Of a stretch of 39,345 nt of DNA, positions 8,444 through 17,080 are shown one piece after another. Numbering within the stretch: position 1 is the first letter of the stretch; every line of letters starts with the position of its first letter. The DNA comes from Clostridia bacterium (GTDB lineage Bacteria > Bacillota > Clostridia > Oscillospirales > CAG-272), in contig JAFTUB010000122.1 of NCBI GenBank assembly GCA_017466495.1, positions 1 through 39,345 of the forward strand, read 5' to 3'. The notes below the pieces were generated by a model. That model did no database searches. It had not been told where the DNA came from and was given only the letters and a program-made list of their open reading frames with translations. A program made the position numbers and the translations under genes.

Positions 8444-9337
8444 ATGGAATTACGCAATATTATGACCTTTCTCAAAATTGCCGAGACGGGCAGCTTTACC
8501 CGCGCTGCCGCTCAGCTGGGATATAATCAGTCCACCGTGACGGTGCAGATCCAGCAACTGGAGCAGGAGCTGGGCGTTAAGCTGTTTGACCGTGTGGGAC
8601 GCCACATCAACCTGACCGAAAAGGGATATGAGTTTTTGGGCTGTGCCAACGAGATCGCTCGGGCAACCCAGAAGGCCAAGGCCATTGCGCAGAAGGACAG
8701 AGAGGCCAGCGGTCTGCTCCGGGTGGGCACGGTGGAGGAGTTTTTGACCCCCACCTTTAATCAGATGCTCAAGCTCTACTACACCCGTTTTCCCGGGGTG
8801 GAGATCGAGATGCATATCCGCCGTCCCGAGGCACAGCTTGCCGCACTGAAGGCGGGAGAGCTGGACATGGCACTGATCCTGGACCGTCGGATCGAAGGGG
8901 ATGATTTCATTCACGCCTGGGAGCGGCGGGACAAGGCGATCTTTGTTACCGGCCCGGCTGAGTCTGCCGCGTCGGGGACACCCCTGTCCCTGGAGGCCCT
9001 TTGCGCTCTTCCCCTGGTTCTGCCCTGCCGGGGCAGCGGCTTCCGCGATCTGTTTGAACGGGTGGCGGAGGAAGCGGGGTGCCGGGTCAATGTAACGGTG
9101 AGCAGCAATCACTTGCCTACGGTGAAGTACCTCTTGGAGGAGGGAGATGTGATTGCGCTGATGCCCGAATATGCGGTACGGGAAGAGCTGCGGGCGGGGA
9201 CGCTGAGAGAGATTGCGGTAAACTGCCCCGAGATGACCCTGCGGGCGCAGATGCTCTACCACCGCAGCAAGTGGGTCACGCCCCCCATGCAGGAGCTGAT
9301 CGATCTCATGGCCTGCTACCGCGGGTTGAATCTGTAA
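8444..9337 (+). CDS. LysR family transcriptional regulator
   Basis: N-terminal wHTH MELRNIMTFLKIAETGSFTRAAAQLGYNQSTVTVQIQQLEQELGVKLFDR, about 300 aa, with a GAGGTG ribosome-binding site. Confidence 0.9.
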   Translation: MELRNIMTFLKIAETGSFTRAAAQLGYNQSTVTVQIQQLEQELGVKLFDRVGRHINLTEKGYEFLGCANEIARATQKAKAIAQKDREASGLLRVGTVEEFLTPTFNQMLKLYYTRFPGVEIEMHIRRPEAQLAALKAGELDMALILDRRIEGDDFIHAWERRDKAIFVTGPAESAASGTPLSLEALCALPLVLPCRGSGFRDLFERVAEEAGCRVNVTVSSNHLPTVKYLLEEGDVIALMPEYAVREELRAGTLREIAVNCPEMTLRAQMLYHRSKWVTPPMQELIDLMACYRGLNL

Positions 9338-9524
9338 GGGTATAGACTCCCCTCGGGCAGGGAAATCTACGGATATCTCTGTGAAATTGTAAACAAACTG
9401 TAAAGTGCAAAAAAGCGCGGAACTTTTTCGTGACACCTGCGTCTATTTATCTCGTGCTTAACCGCGGGCCGCGTGTCCGACGGTTGACAAATAAAAAAAC
9501 AAACAAAAAACGGAGGATTTTCCC

Positions 9525-10094
9525 ATGAAGAAATTTACTGCTTTGCTTGCTGCCCTGATGGCACTTCTGATGCTGTTCACCGCTTGTGCAAAGACCCCTG
9601 CTGAGCCTGTCAACACCATTGAAGGTGCTCCCATGGATCTGCTGGGCGGTCTCGTGACCGATGCCAAGATCGAGATCATGTGCGAGAATGCCGAGCTGTC
9701 TGCTGACAACGTGGAGTGGCTGCTTGGTCTGTCCGCTGACGACTACACCGCAAATGTTGCCAACGGTGCCATCTCCATGGCGATGATGAGCGCTCAGGCA
9801 CACATGGTTGCTCTGCTGGAGTGCAAGGACTTCGAGACCGCTAAGGCTGTGAAGGAAAAACTGCACACCCAGTTTGACATCCGTCGTTGGGTTTGCGTCA
9901 TTCCCGAGATGTGCTACGTCATCGATTCCGGCAAATATGTCTTCTTTGTCGCTTCCGGCGTGGAGTACGGCGAGGCCCTGCTGAACGGCTTCAAGGCTCT
10001 GGCACAGGACAACGTTGGCGAGCGCCTGGATGTTGAGGGTGCTACCGGCGGTATGGACGATGGCATCATGGACGACATGCCCACGGCCGAGTAA
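9525..10094 (+). CDS. Lipoprotein, DUF4358-like
   Basis: Signal peptide with lipobox LFTAC. The C-terminal pattern GKYVFFVASG resembles the DUF4358 proteins that accompany MBOAT/DHHW genes in Clostridia. GGAGG ribosome-binding site. Confidence 0.7.
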   Translation: MKKFTALLAALMALLMLFTACAKTPAEPVNTIEGAPMDLLGGLVTDAKIEIMCENAELSADNVEWLLGLSADDYTANVANGAISMAMMSAQAHMVALLECKDFETAKAVKEKLHTQFDIRRWVCVIPEMCYVIDSGKYVFFVASGVEYGEALLNGFKALAQDNVGERLDVEGATGGMDDGIMDDMPTAE

Positions 10095-10112
10095 TTATCG
10101 CCGACTGCCGAT

Positions 10113-11516
10113 ATGCTGTTTTCCAGTATCACATTTCTGTACGCCTTTCTGCCCATCCTGCTGGCACTTTATTTCATCGTGCCCAAGGGATGGCGGAACG
10201 GCGTTCTGCTTGCCGCGAGCCTTCTGTTCTACGCTTGGGGCGAGCCGGTGTATCTTATTCTGATGATCGCATCCATCGCGGTGGGCTATGTGTTCGGTCT
10301 TTTGATCGACCGCTACCGTGAGCGGCCCCGTTTGGCCAATCTGCTGACGGCGGCTTCGGTTTGCGTTTGCCTTTCTTCCCTGATCCTGTTCAAATACAGC
10401 GACTTTTTCCTCTCCACTGTCAATGCCCTGGCGGGGACCAAGTTTGCGCTGTTGAGACTGGCTCTTCCGGTGGGGATCAGCTTCTACACCTTCCAGATCC
10501 TTTCCTACACGGTTGACGTGCGGCGTGGGGATGCACCGGTGCAGAAAAATCCCTTTACCTTTGCCACCTATGTGGCGCTTTTCCCCCAGCTGATCGCCGG
10601 TCCCATCGTCCGTTATGTGACGGTGGCCGAGGAGCTGAATCATCGCAACATTACCCGCGAGGATGTGGCCTACGGGATGGCGCGCTTTGTGGTGGGCCTG
10701 GGCAAGAAGGTGATGCTGGCCAATGTGCTGGGTGAGGTGTGCAAGATCTACCGCGAGACCGATGAGTCCAGCGTGCTCTTTACCTGGCTCTATCTGATCT
10801 CCTATGCGCTGCACATTTACTTCGACTTCTCGGGCTATTCGGATATGGCCATCGGTCTGGGACGCATTTTCGGCTTCCATTTCCTGGAGAACTTCAACTA
10901 TCCCTACATTTCCCGCTCCATCACCGAATTCTGGCGGCGCTGGCATATGTCCCTGGGCACCTGGTTCCGCGACTATGTCTATATTCCGTTGGGCGGAAAC
11001 CGGGTTTCTCCCCTGCGCTGGGTATTCAACCTCAGCGTGGTTTGGATGCTCACCGGCTTCTGGCACGGTGCAGGCTGGACCTTCATTCTGTGGGGTGTTT
11101 GGTTCGGCATTTGGCTGATCCTGGAGAAGCTTCTGCTGGGCAAGTGGCTGGCGAAGATTCCCGCGCCTCTGTCCTGGCTTTGGTCCACCGTGCTGGTGCT
11201 GCTGGGCTTTGTGCTCTTCGATGCGGAGAGCCTGACGGTGGCCGTTTCCCGCATGGGCAATCTCTTCGGTGTGGGGCTTCCTCTGGTCACCGACACCGCA
11301 CTCTATTACCTGCGCAGTTACAGCGTGGTTTTGGTGGTGGCTATCATCGGTGCTACGCCGTTGCCCAAGCTGGTATGGACCCGCCTGCGGGAACAGAAGT
11401 GGGGACTGAACGTCACTGCTTTCCTTGAGCCGGCGGCCCTGGCTGTCCTGCTGGTCCTCATCAGCGCATATCTGATCGACGGATCCTACAACCCCTTTAT
11501 TTATTTCCGTTTCTGA
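10113..11516 (+). CDS. MBOAT family O-acyltransferase (AlgI/DltB-like)
   Basis: Multi-TM protein with an MLFSSITFLYAFLP N-terminus, FWRRWHMSLGTWFRDYVYIPLGGNR and the conserved His in TGFWHGAGW. Confidence 0.9.
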   Translation: MLFSSITFLYAFLPILLALYFIVPKGWRNGVLLAASLLFYAWGEPVYLILMIASIAVGYVFGLLIDRYRERPRLANLLTAASVCVCLSSLILFKYSDFFLSTVNALAGTKFALLRLALPVGISFYTFQILSYTVDVRRGDAPVQKNPFTFATYVALFPQLIAGPIVRYVTVAEELNHRNITREDVAYGMARFVVGLGKKVMLANVLGEVCKIYRETDESSVLFTWLYLISYALHIYFDFSGYSDMAIGLGRIFGFHFLENFNYPYISRSITEFWRRWHMSLGTWFRDYVYIPLGGNRVSPLRWVFNLSVVWMLTGFWHGAGWTFILWGVWFGIWLILEKLLLGKWLAKIPAPLSWLWSTVLVLLGFVLFDAESLTVAVSRMGNLFGVGLPLVTDTALYYLRSYSVVLVVAIIGATPLPKLVWTRLREQKWGLNVTAFLEPAALAVLLVLISAYLIDGSYNPFIYFRF

Positions 11517-11529
11517 GGAGGTGCGGCTG

Positions 11530-12654
11530 ATGATGAAAAAACTTCGCGACTGGCTGACGGTTGGCATTTTTGTTCTGCTGATCGGCGGCTTTGCTGTGGC
11601 TAACCTCTTCTACGATGCCGGCACCGTTTCCACCAGTGAACGGCGCAAGCTGGCGGAATTTCCCCAGTTTACCTGGCAGACCGTGAAAACGGCCAAGTTC
11701 ATGAACGGACTTGAGGACTATCTCTCGGATCACTTTATCGGCCGTGACGATTTCCGCCGGCTGAAGGCTAACTTCCTGTTCAATGTTCTGCAGCAGAAGG
11801 ACAACCACGAGATCTATGTGGTGGACGGCAGTGCGTCGGAATACAGCGCATCCCTGCCCGAGAAGTCCCTGCAGCAGGCGGGGGAGAAGTTCGGCATTCT
11901 GCGGGACAAGTACCTGACCGGCTGCAATCTCTATTACAGCGTGATCCCCGACAAGAACTATTTCCTGGCGGAGGCAAACGGCTATCCCGCCTACGACTAT
12001 GACAAGTTCATGCAGCTTCTGCGGGAGCACATGGACGGCTATACCGAGATCGACCTGTTTTCGGCCCTTACGGTAGAGGACTATTACCGCACTGACCTGC
12101 ACTGGGATCAGTCCCGTCTGCGGGCTGCGGTGAATGCCCTGTGCGGCGGGCTGGGGGCTGCGGCGCCCGATCTGTCGGCCATGACGGCCACCGCGCTTGA
12201 TCCCTTCTGGGGGGTATATTACGGGCAGTCGGCCCTTTCCCTGGCGCCTGATACCCTGACCTATCTCACCTCCCCTGTGCTGGAGGGATGCACCTACGAG
12301 GTGCTCAATGACAAGACCATGGTCTTTGAGGAAAAGCCCATCTACAACGAAGCGCATTTCACAGGGATTGACCCCTACAGCGTTTTCCTTGAGGGGCCTG
12401 TGTCCTTGGGGAAGATTACCAACCCCAATGCCTCCTCCGACCGTCGGCTGATCATCTTCCGCGACTCCTTCGGCAGCGCCATTGCACCGCTGATGGCCGC
12501 TGCGGGAGAATACGCCGAGATCGTGCTGGTTGACCTGCGCTATATCTATGCCGAGCTGGTCCCGCAGTTTGTGGAGATCGGCGAGGGCGATGATGTGCTT
12601 TTGCTGTACAATACCCAGATTCTGGGGAACAGCACCTTGTTCAACGTCAAATAA
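11530..12654 (+). CDS. DHHW family protein (AlgX/AlgJ-like SGNH-fold O-acyl transfer partner)
   Basis: N-terminal TM anchor, YRTDLHWDQ motif, and FRDSFGS. ATG at 11530 follows GAGGAGG. It lies immediately downstream of the MBOAT gene. Confidence 0.75.
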   Translation: MMKKLRDWLTVGIFVLLIGGFAVANLFYDAGTVSTSERRKLAEFPQFTWQTVKTAKFMNGLEDYLSDHFIGRDDFRRLKANFLFNVLQQKDNHEIYVVDGSASEYSASLPEKSLQQAGEKFGILRDKYLTGCNLYYSVIPDKNYFLAEANGYPAYDYDKFMQLLREHMDGYTEIDLFSALTVEDYYRTDLHWDQSRLRAAVNALCGGLGAAAPDLSAMTATALDPFWGVYYGQSALSLAPDTLTYLTSPVLEGCTYEVLNDKTMVFEEKPIYNEAHFTGIDPYSVFLEGPVSLGKITNPNASSDRRLIIFRDSFGSAIAPLMAAAGEYAEIVLVDLRYIYAELVPQFVEIGEGDDVLLLYNTQILGNSTLFNVK

Positions 12655-12675
12655 TATGATTTCTCCGTGTGAGGC

Positions 12676-12714
12676 AGAGGGGCAATGCTGAGGCATTGCC
12701 CCCTCTTTTGTTTG
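12676..12714 (+). terminator. Intrinsic terminator after the DHHW gene
   Basis: agaggggcaatgc / gcattgccccctct stem followed by TTTTGTTT. Confidence 0.7.
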
Positions 12715-12795
12715 GATTTCTCACTTACAGGGTGCGGGGGCATATGCTGATGGTAGCCGCCAAAATGTAACATTTTTGCGACGGGGCGAAAGCCC

Positions 12796-12824
12796 TTGCC
12801 TTTTTCCCAAAAATATGATATACT
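12796..12824 (+). promoter_or_regulatory. Promoter of the hexapeptide-glmM-glmS block
   Basis: TTGCCT (12796-12801), 17 nt, TATACT (12819-12824). Confidence 0.5.
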
Positions 12825-12861
12825 ATACGATAGATTTTTGTTGAAAGGAGGTGAAAAATCC

Positions 12862-13536
12862 ATGCGAAATGTGACGGTATCTGATCTGCTTGACCTGACC
12901 CGAACCTGTGCCGGTGAACTGTTTACGGGGAAGACCTATCCCTGGGAGGTGCTGGATGAGCTGAAGGCGTTTATTCTGACGCTGGGCGCGAAGCTGCCCG
13001 AGGATCGGTTCGCTCAGGTGTCCGAAGGCGTTTGGATCGCCCGCTCGGCCAAGGTGGCACCTACGGCTTACATCGGCGCGCCCTGCATCATTGATGAGGA
13101 CGCAGAGGTGCGGCACTGTGCCTACATTCGCGGCTCGGCCATTGTGGGACGGGGCGCTGTGGTGGGCAATTCTTCGGAGCTGAAGAACTGTATTCTGTTC
13201 GATGGCGTGCAGGTGCCCCACTTCAACTATGTGGGCGACTCTGTTCTTGGCTACCGTGCCCATCTCGGGGCGGGAGCGGTGACATCCAATGTCAAGGGGG
13301 ACCGCACAAACGTGACGGTGAAGGGAGAAGAACCCATTGCCACGGGCCGGCGCAAGCTGGGTGCCATGGTGGGTGATCTCGCTGAAATCGGCTGCGGTGC
13401 GGTACTGAATCCGGGCAGTGTCATCGGACGGCGTGCACAGGTCTATCCGCTGGTGAGTGTGCGCGGCGTGATCCCGGCTGACAGCATTGTCAAAACCGCA
13501 GACTGTGTGGTTCAGCGGAAACAGCAAGAAAACTGA
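12862..13536 (+). CDS. Left-handed beta-helix (hexapeptide repeat) acyltransferase, GlmU C-terminal-domain-like, no nucleotidyltransferase domain
   Basis: Repeated [LIV]-G-x4 hexapeptides (IGAPCIID, IRGSAIVGRGAVVGNS, VGDSVLG, LGAGAV). Start at 12862 (MRNV) follows AAAGGAGGTG. Only 224 aa. Confidence 0.75.
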   Translation: MRNVTVSDLLDLTRTCAGELFTGKTYPWEVLDELKAFILTLGAKLPEDRFAQVSEGVWIARSAKVAPTAYIGAPCIIDEDAEVRHCAYIRGSAIVGRGAVVGNSSELKNCILFDGVQVPHFNYVGDSVLGYRAHLGAGAVTSNVKGDRTNVTVKGEEPIATGRRKLGAMVGDLAEIGCGAVLNPGSVIGRRAQVYPLVSVRGVIPADSIVKTADCVVQRKQQEN

Positions 13537-13559
13537 TCAAAACAAAAGGAGTGAACAGA

Positions 13560-14912
13560 TTGGGAAGATTATTCGGAACAGACGGTGTGCGCGGCATTGC
13601 CAACACTGAGCTGACCTGCGAGCGCGCCATGGCCATCGGCCGTGCGGCAGCAATGGTCTTCGCAGACGGATGCAGACGGCGTCCGATTGTGGCAGTGGGC
13701 AGTGATACCCGTATCTCCTCCGATATGCTGGGCTGTGCCGTGATGGCGGGCCTCTGCTCGGTGGGCGCGGATGTCATTGACCTGGGCGTGATCCCCACCC
13801 CTGCTGTGGCTTATCTGGTTGGTAAGTACAAGGCAGATGCGGGAATCATGATCTCGGCATCTCACAACCCTGCGGCGTACAACGGAATCAAGATCTTCAG
13901 CGGCGACGGCTACAAGCTGCCCGATGCCCTGGAGGAGCAGATCGAGACGCTGGTACTGGAGCGTGATGCGGAGTGGCCGACCCCTGTGGACAGCGGCGTG
14001 GGTAAGATCACCCGTGCGGCAAATGCGGCAAGCGATTACGCGGTGCACGTGCGCAGCTCGGTGCTGTATTCGCTGGACGGTTTGCACGTGGCCATTGACT
14101 GTGCCAACGGCGCATCCAGTGTGACGGCAAAGCAGATTTTTGAGGGCTTGGGTGCGGAGGTGGACATCCTCTTCGACAGCCCCAACGGCACCAACATCAA
14201 CGACGGCTGCGGCTCCACCCACATGGATAAGCTGGCAGACTACGTCAGAGAACACGGCCTGGATGCGGGAATTGCCTTTGACGGCGATGCTGACCGCTGC
14301 CTGGCAGTGGACGAGAAGGGCAACTTCATCGACGGTGACCAGATCATGGCCATCTGTGCGGCCGACCTCAACGAGCGCGGACGACTCTCCCGCAGGACGG
14401 TGGTGGGCACGGTGATGACCAACCTCGGCTTCCAGCGTTTCTGCGCGGACAACGGGATGCGCTTCTTAGCGACCCGTGTAGGTGACCGCTTCGTGCTGGA
14501 GGAAATGATTCTGGAGGATGCAACCTTCGGCGGCGAGCAGTCGGGACACATTATTTTCCGCGACTTTGCTACCACCGGTGACGGCCAGCTGACGGCTGCA
14601 CAGCTGCTTTCTCTCATGCGCCGCTGCGGCAAGCCTCTCTCTGAACTGGCATCTATCATGACCAAATACCCGCAGGTGATGCTCAACCTCACCGTGACTC
14701 CCGAAGGCAAGCTGCACTTCCATACCGACGCCCAGGTACGCGAAGCCATTGAGCGAGCCAAGTCTGCTCTGGGTGAGCGGGGACGCGTTGTGGTTCGTCC
14801 TTCCGGCACTGAGCCCTATCTCCGTGTTATGGTGGAAGGTGAGGACGAGGAAGAGATCGGCCGCATTGCAAACGAAGTCGCAGAGGTTATTCTTGCGCGG
14901 CTCGGAAGTTAA
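13560..14912 (+). CDS. glmM: Phosphoglucosamine mutase
   Basis: GRLFGTDGVRG N-terminus, active-site SASHNP, metal site FDGDADR, and GEQSGH. TTG start at 13560 is 8 nt after AAAGGAG and gives the canonical N-terminus. The ORF-track GTG at 13551 is less likely. Confidence 0.92.
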   Translation: MGRLFGTDGVRGIANTELTCERAMAIGRAAAMVFADGCRRRPIVAVGSDTRISSDMLGCAVMAGLCSVGADVIDLGVIPTPAVAYLVGKYKADAGIMISASHNPAAYNGIKIFSGDGYKLPDALEEQIETLVLERDAEWPTPVDSGVGKITRAANAASDYAVHVRSSVLYSLDGLHVAIDCANGASSVTAKQIFEGLGAEVDILFDSPNGTNINDGCGSTHMDKLADYVREHGLDAGIAFDGDADRCLAVDEKGNFIDGDQIMAICAADLNERGRLSRRTVVGTVMTNLGFQRFCADNGMRFLATRVGDRFVLEEMILEDATFGGEQSGHIIFRDFATTGDGQLTAAQLLSLMRRCGKPLSELASIMTKYPQVMLNLTVTPEGKLHFHTDAQVREAIERAKSALGERGRVVVRPSGTEPYLRVMVEGEDEEEIGRIANEVAEVILARLGS

Positions 14913-14913
14913 T

Positions 14914-15082
14914 TAAGCGCCAGAACTGCATCGCAGGGTGCAGTTGACGAGGTGGGAGATGAATCGAATTTTCGGCGGATATCTCCCCGGCAGAACCACC
15001 TGCCGAAGGCTGTCACAAATATACGGGTGACCGTAAAACAAAGGACAGTGCAAAGGGGACCTTCCCGCATGACGGGAAGCAA
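14914..15082 (+). ncRNA. glmS ribozyme: glmS ribozyme (GlcN6P-activated self-cleaving riboswitch)
   Basis: The canonical core A|GCGCCAGAACUG...CAGUUGACGAGG...AUCGAAUUUUCGGCGGAU...CCCGGC matches the Bacillus/Thermoanaerobacter ribozyme almost base for base. The predicted cleavage site is between A14916 and G14917. P4-like hairpin cttcccg/cgggaag at 15061-15079. Directly upstream of glmS. Confidence 0.9.
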
Positions 15083-15092
15083 ATTATACAGG

Positions 15093-15118
15093 CAGATACT
15101 GCCTGTAGGCAGTATCTG
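15093..15118 (+). promoter_or_regulatory. Perfect 12-bp inverted repeat between the ribozyme and the glmS ribosome-binding site
   Basis: cagatactgcct GT aggcagtatctg. It overlaps a mutually exclusive shorter hairpin caggcag/ctgcctg at 15089-15105. Confidence 0.4.
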
Positions 15119-15146
15119 TACTCTTGGCAAAAGGATACTGATTACT

Positions 15147-16988
15147 ATGTGTGGAATTATTGGATATACCGGGACAAAGCCTGTTTGTCCCATTCTGATC
15201 GACGGCCTGCGGGCATTGGAGTACCGCGGCTATGACTCGGCCGGTGTTGCACTTTCCGGCAAGACCCTGACCACGGTGAAGCGTGCAGGACGCATTTCGG
15301 TGCTGGAAGAGGCACTGGCAGCAGGTGAGGCTGGTGCAGATCTGCAGGCGCCCTGCGGCATTGCCCACACCCGCTGGGCTACCCACGGCGCTCCCACCGA
15401 TGCCAACGCCCATCCCCATGCCACCGAGCGCCTGGCGCTGGTACACAATGGCATCATCGAGAATGACCGTGCCCTGCGCCGTGAGCTGGAGGAGAAGGGG
15501 TATGTGTTCAACTCCGAGACCGATACCGAGGCGGCTGCCAAGCTCATTGACAGCATTTACGCCGAGACTCCTGATCCCATTGCGGCAATTCGTGCCGCAG
15601 TCAAGCGCCTGGAGGGCGCTTATGCCCTGGCGGTGGTCTTCGCTGACCGCCCCAAGCAGATCTACGCCATTCGCCGCGACAATCCCCTGATCGTTGCGGC
15701 AACGGCTGAGGGGGCATTCCTTGCCTCCGACATTCCCGCGCTTCTGCCCCACACCAAGGATTACTACCGTCCCGACGAGAACGAGATCGTGGTGCTGGAT
15801 GCAGAGGGCGAGGCTCCCTCGGTGCGCTTCTTCGGCGAGGCGGGCGAGCTGACCCATCCCGTCTGCACCGTTAACTGGAACGTGGAGCAGGCAGAGAAGG
15901 GCGGTTACGATCACTTCATGCGCAAGGAGCTGGGCGAGGGCCCCGAGGGTGTTCGCCGCACCCTGACTCCCCTGATCCGTGACGGCCTGCCTTCCTTCGG
16001 CCTTCCTCTGATGGACGGCCTGGGCAAAATGCGCAGTATGCGTATTGTTGCCTGCGGCACGGCCATGCACGCAGGTTTGATGGGCCGCGCATTTATCGAG
16101 CGGCTGGCACGGATGCCGGTGACGGTGGAGATTGCCTCCGAGTTCCGTTACCGCAACCCCATCCTCTCCCCCGATGAGCCCATTCTCCTGCTCTCCCAGT
16201 CGGGCGAGACGGCCGATACCCTGGCTGCCCTCCGCCTGGCGCGGGCCAACGGCATTCCTACCGCTGCCATTGTCAATGTCATTGGTTCCTCGGTGGCTCG
16301 GGAAGCGGATGCGGTGCTTGCCACCCATGCCGGCCCCGAGATCGCGGTGGCCAGCACCAAGGCTTATGCAACCCAGGCTTCCATGATGGCGCTGATCGCT
16401 GTGGCCATTGCCCACCAGCGTGGTCTGATCACCGACGAGAAGGCAAAAGAGATGACGGCGGCGCTTGCCGACCGTCTGCCTGCCGCTCTGGAGGAGACCA
16501 TTGCCCTTGAGGAGCAGATGATCGAGCAGGCCAAGCGCCTGTCCTCGGCAGAGCACGTCTTCTACATCGGCCGCGGTGCCGACTACGACGGCAGCGTTGA
16601 GGGCGCGCTGAAGCTGAAGGAGATCAGCTACATCCACAGCGAGGCCTATGCTGCCGGTGAGTTGAAGCACGGCACCATCTCGCTGATTACCGACGGCGTT
16701 CCGGTGGTTGCCCTGTCCACCGATGTGAACACGGCCTCCAAGATGGCCTCCAATATGCGCGAGGTTCGGGCAAGAGGCGGCTATGTGCTGCTGATCTGCA
16801 CCGAGGCTACCCGTGCGGAGGTTGAGCCTTGCTCCGATGCCTGCATCGTTCTCCCTGAGTCCGATCCCATGCTTGCCCCCATTTGCGGCGTGCTGACCGA
16901 GCATATGATTGCTTACCACACGGCGCGGGTGATGGGCTGCGACGTCGACAAGCCCAGAAATCTGGCGAAGTCGGTGACCGTAGAATAA
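15147..16988 (+). CDS. glmS: Glutamine--fructose-6-phosphate aminotransferase (isomerizing)
   Basis: MCGIIGYTG N-terminal nucleophile Cys2, two SIS domains, and the C-terminal KPRNLAKSVTVE. The ORF-track start at 14952 reads through the ribozyme and is rejected. Confidence 0.95.
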   Translation: MCGIIGYTGTKPVCPILIDGLRALEYRGYDSAGVALSGKTLTTVKRAGRISVLEEALAAGEAGADLQAPCGIAHTRWATHGAPTDANAHPHATERLALVHNGIIENDRALRRELEEKGYVFNSETDTEAAAKLIDSIYAETPDPIAAIRAAVKRLEGAYALAVVFADRPKQIYAIRRDNPLIVAATAEGAFLASDIPALLPHTKDYYRPDENEIVVLDAEGEAPSVRFFGEAGELTHPVCTVNWNVEQAEKGGYDHFMRKELGEGPEGVRRTLTPLIRDGLPSFGLPLMDGLGKMRSMRIVACGTAMHAGLMGRAFIERLARMPVTVEIASEFRYRNPILSPDEPILLLSQSGETADTLAALRLARANGIPTAAIVNVIGSSVAREADAVLATHAGPEIAVASTKAYATQASMMALIAVAIAHQRGLITDEKAKEMTAALADRLPAALEETIALEEQMIEQAKRLSSAEHVFYIGRGADYDGSVEGALKLKEISYIHSEAYAAGELKHGTISLITDGVPVVALSTDVNTASKMASNMREVRARGGYVLLICTEATRAEVEPCSDACIVLPESDPMLAPICGVLTEHMIAYHTARVMGCDVDKPRNLAKSVTVE

Positions 16989-16994
16989 GCACCT

Positions 16995-17032
16995 GCCCCC
17001 ACAGTCCATATGGGCTGTGGGGGCATTTTTTT
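16995..17032 (+). terminator. Intrinsic terminator after glmS
   Basis: gcccccacag...ctgtgggggc 10-bp stem (extendable through CCATATGG) followed by TTTTTTTG. Confidence 0.8.
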
Positions 17033-17080
17033 GTTCTGCGGCGCATATATTGCCATACCAAATGGGAAGGCGGTGCAAAA

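Noticed and set aside
14952-15146. N-terminal extension of glmS (65 extra codons) proposed by the ORF track.
   Set aside because: The extension is the glmS ribozyme sequence. GlmS must begin with Met-Cys (MCGIIGY) at 15147.
16883-17080. N-terminal extension of the P-type ATPase ORF overlapping the glmS 3' end and terminator.
   Set aside because: It reads through the glmS stop region and the terminator hairpin (the CPHSPYGLWG peptide is the hairpin translated). A ribosome-binding site plus ATG at 17081 gives the conserved MQGLTREQVEAAR...HGENRL start.
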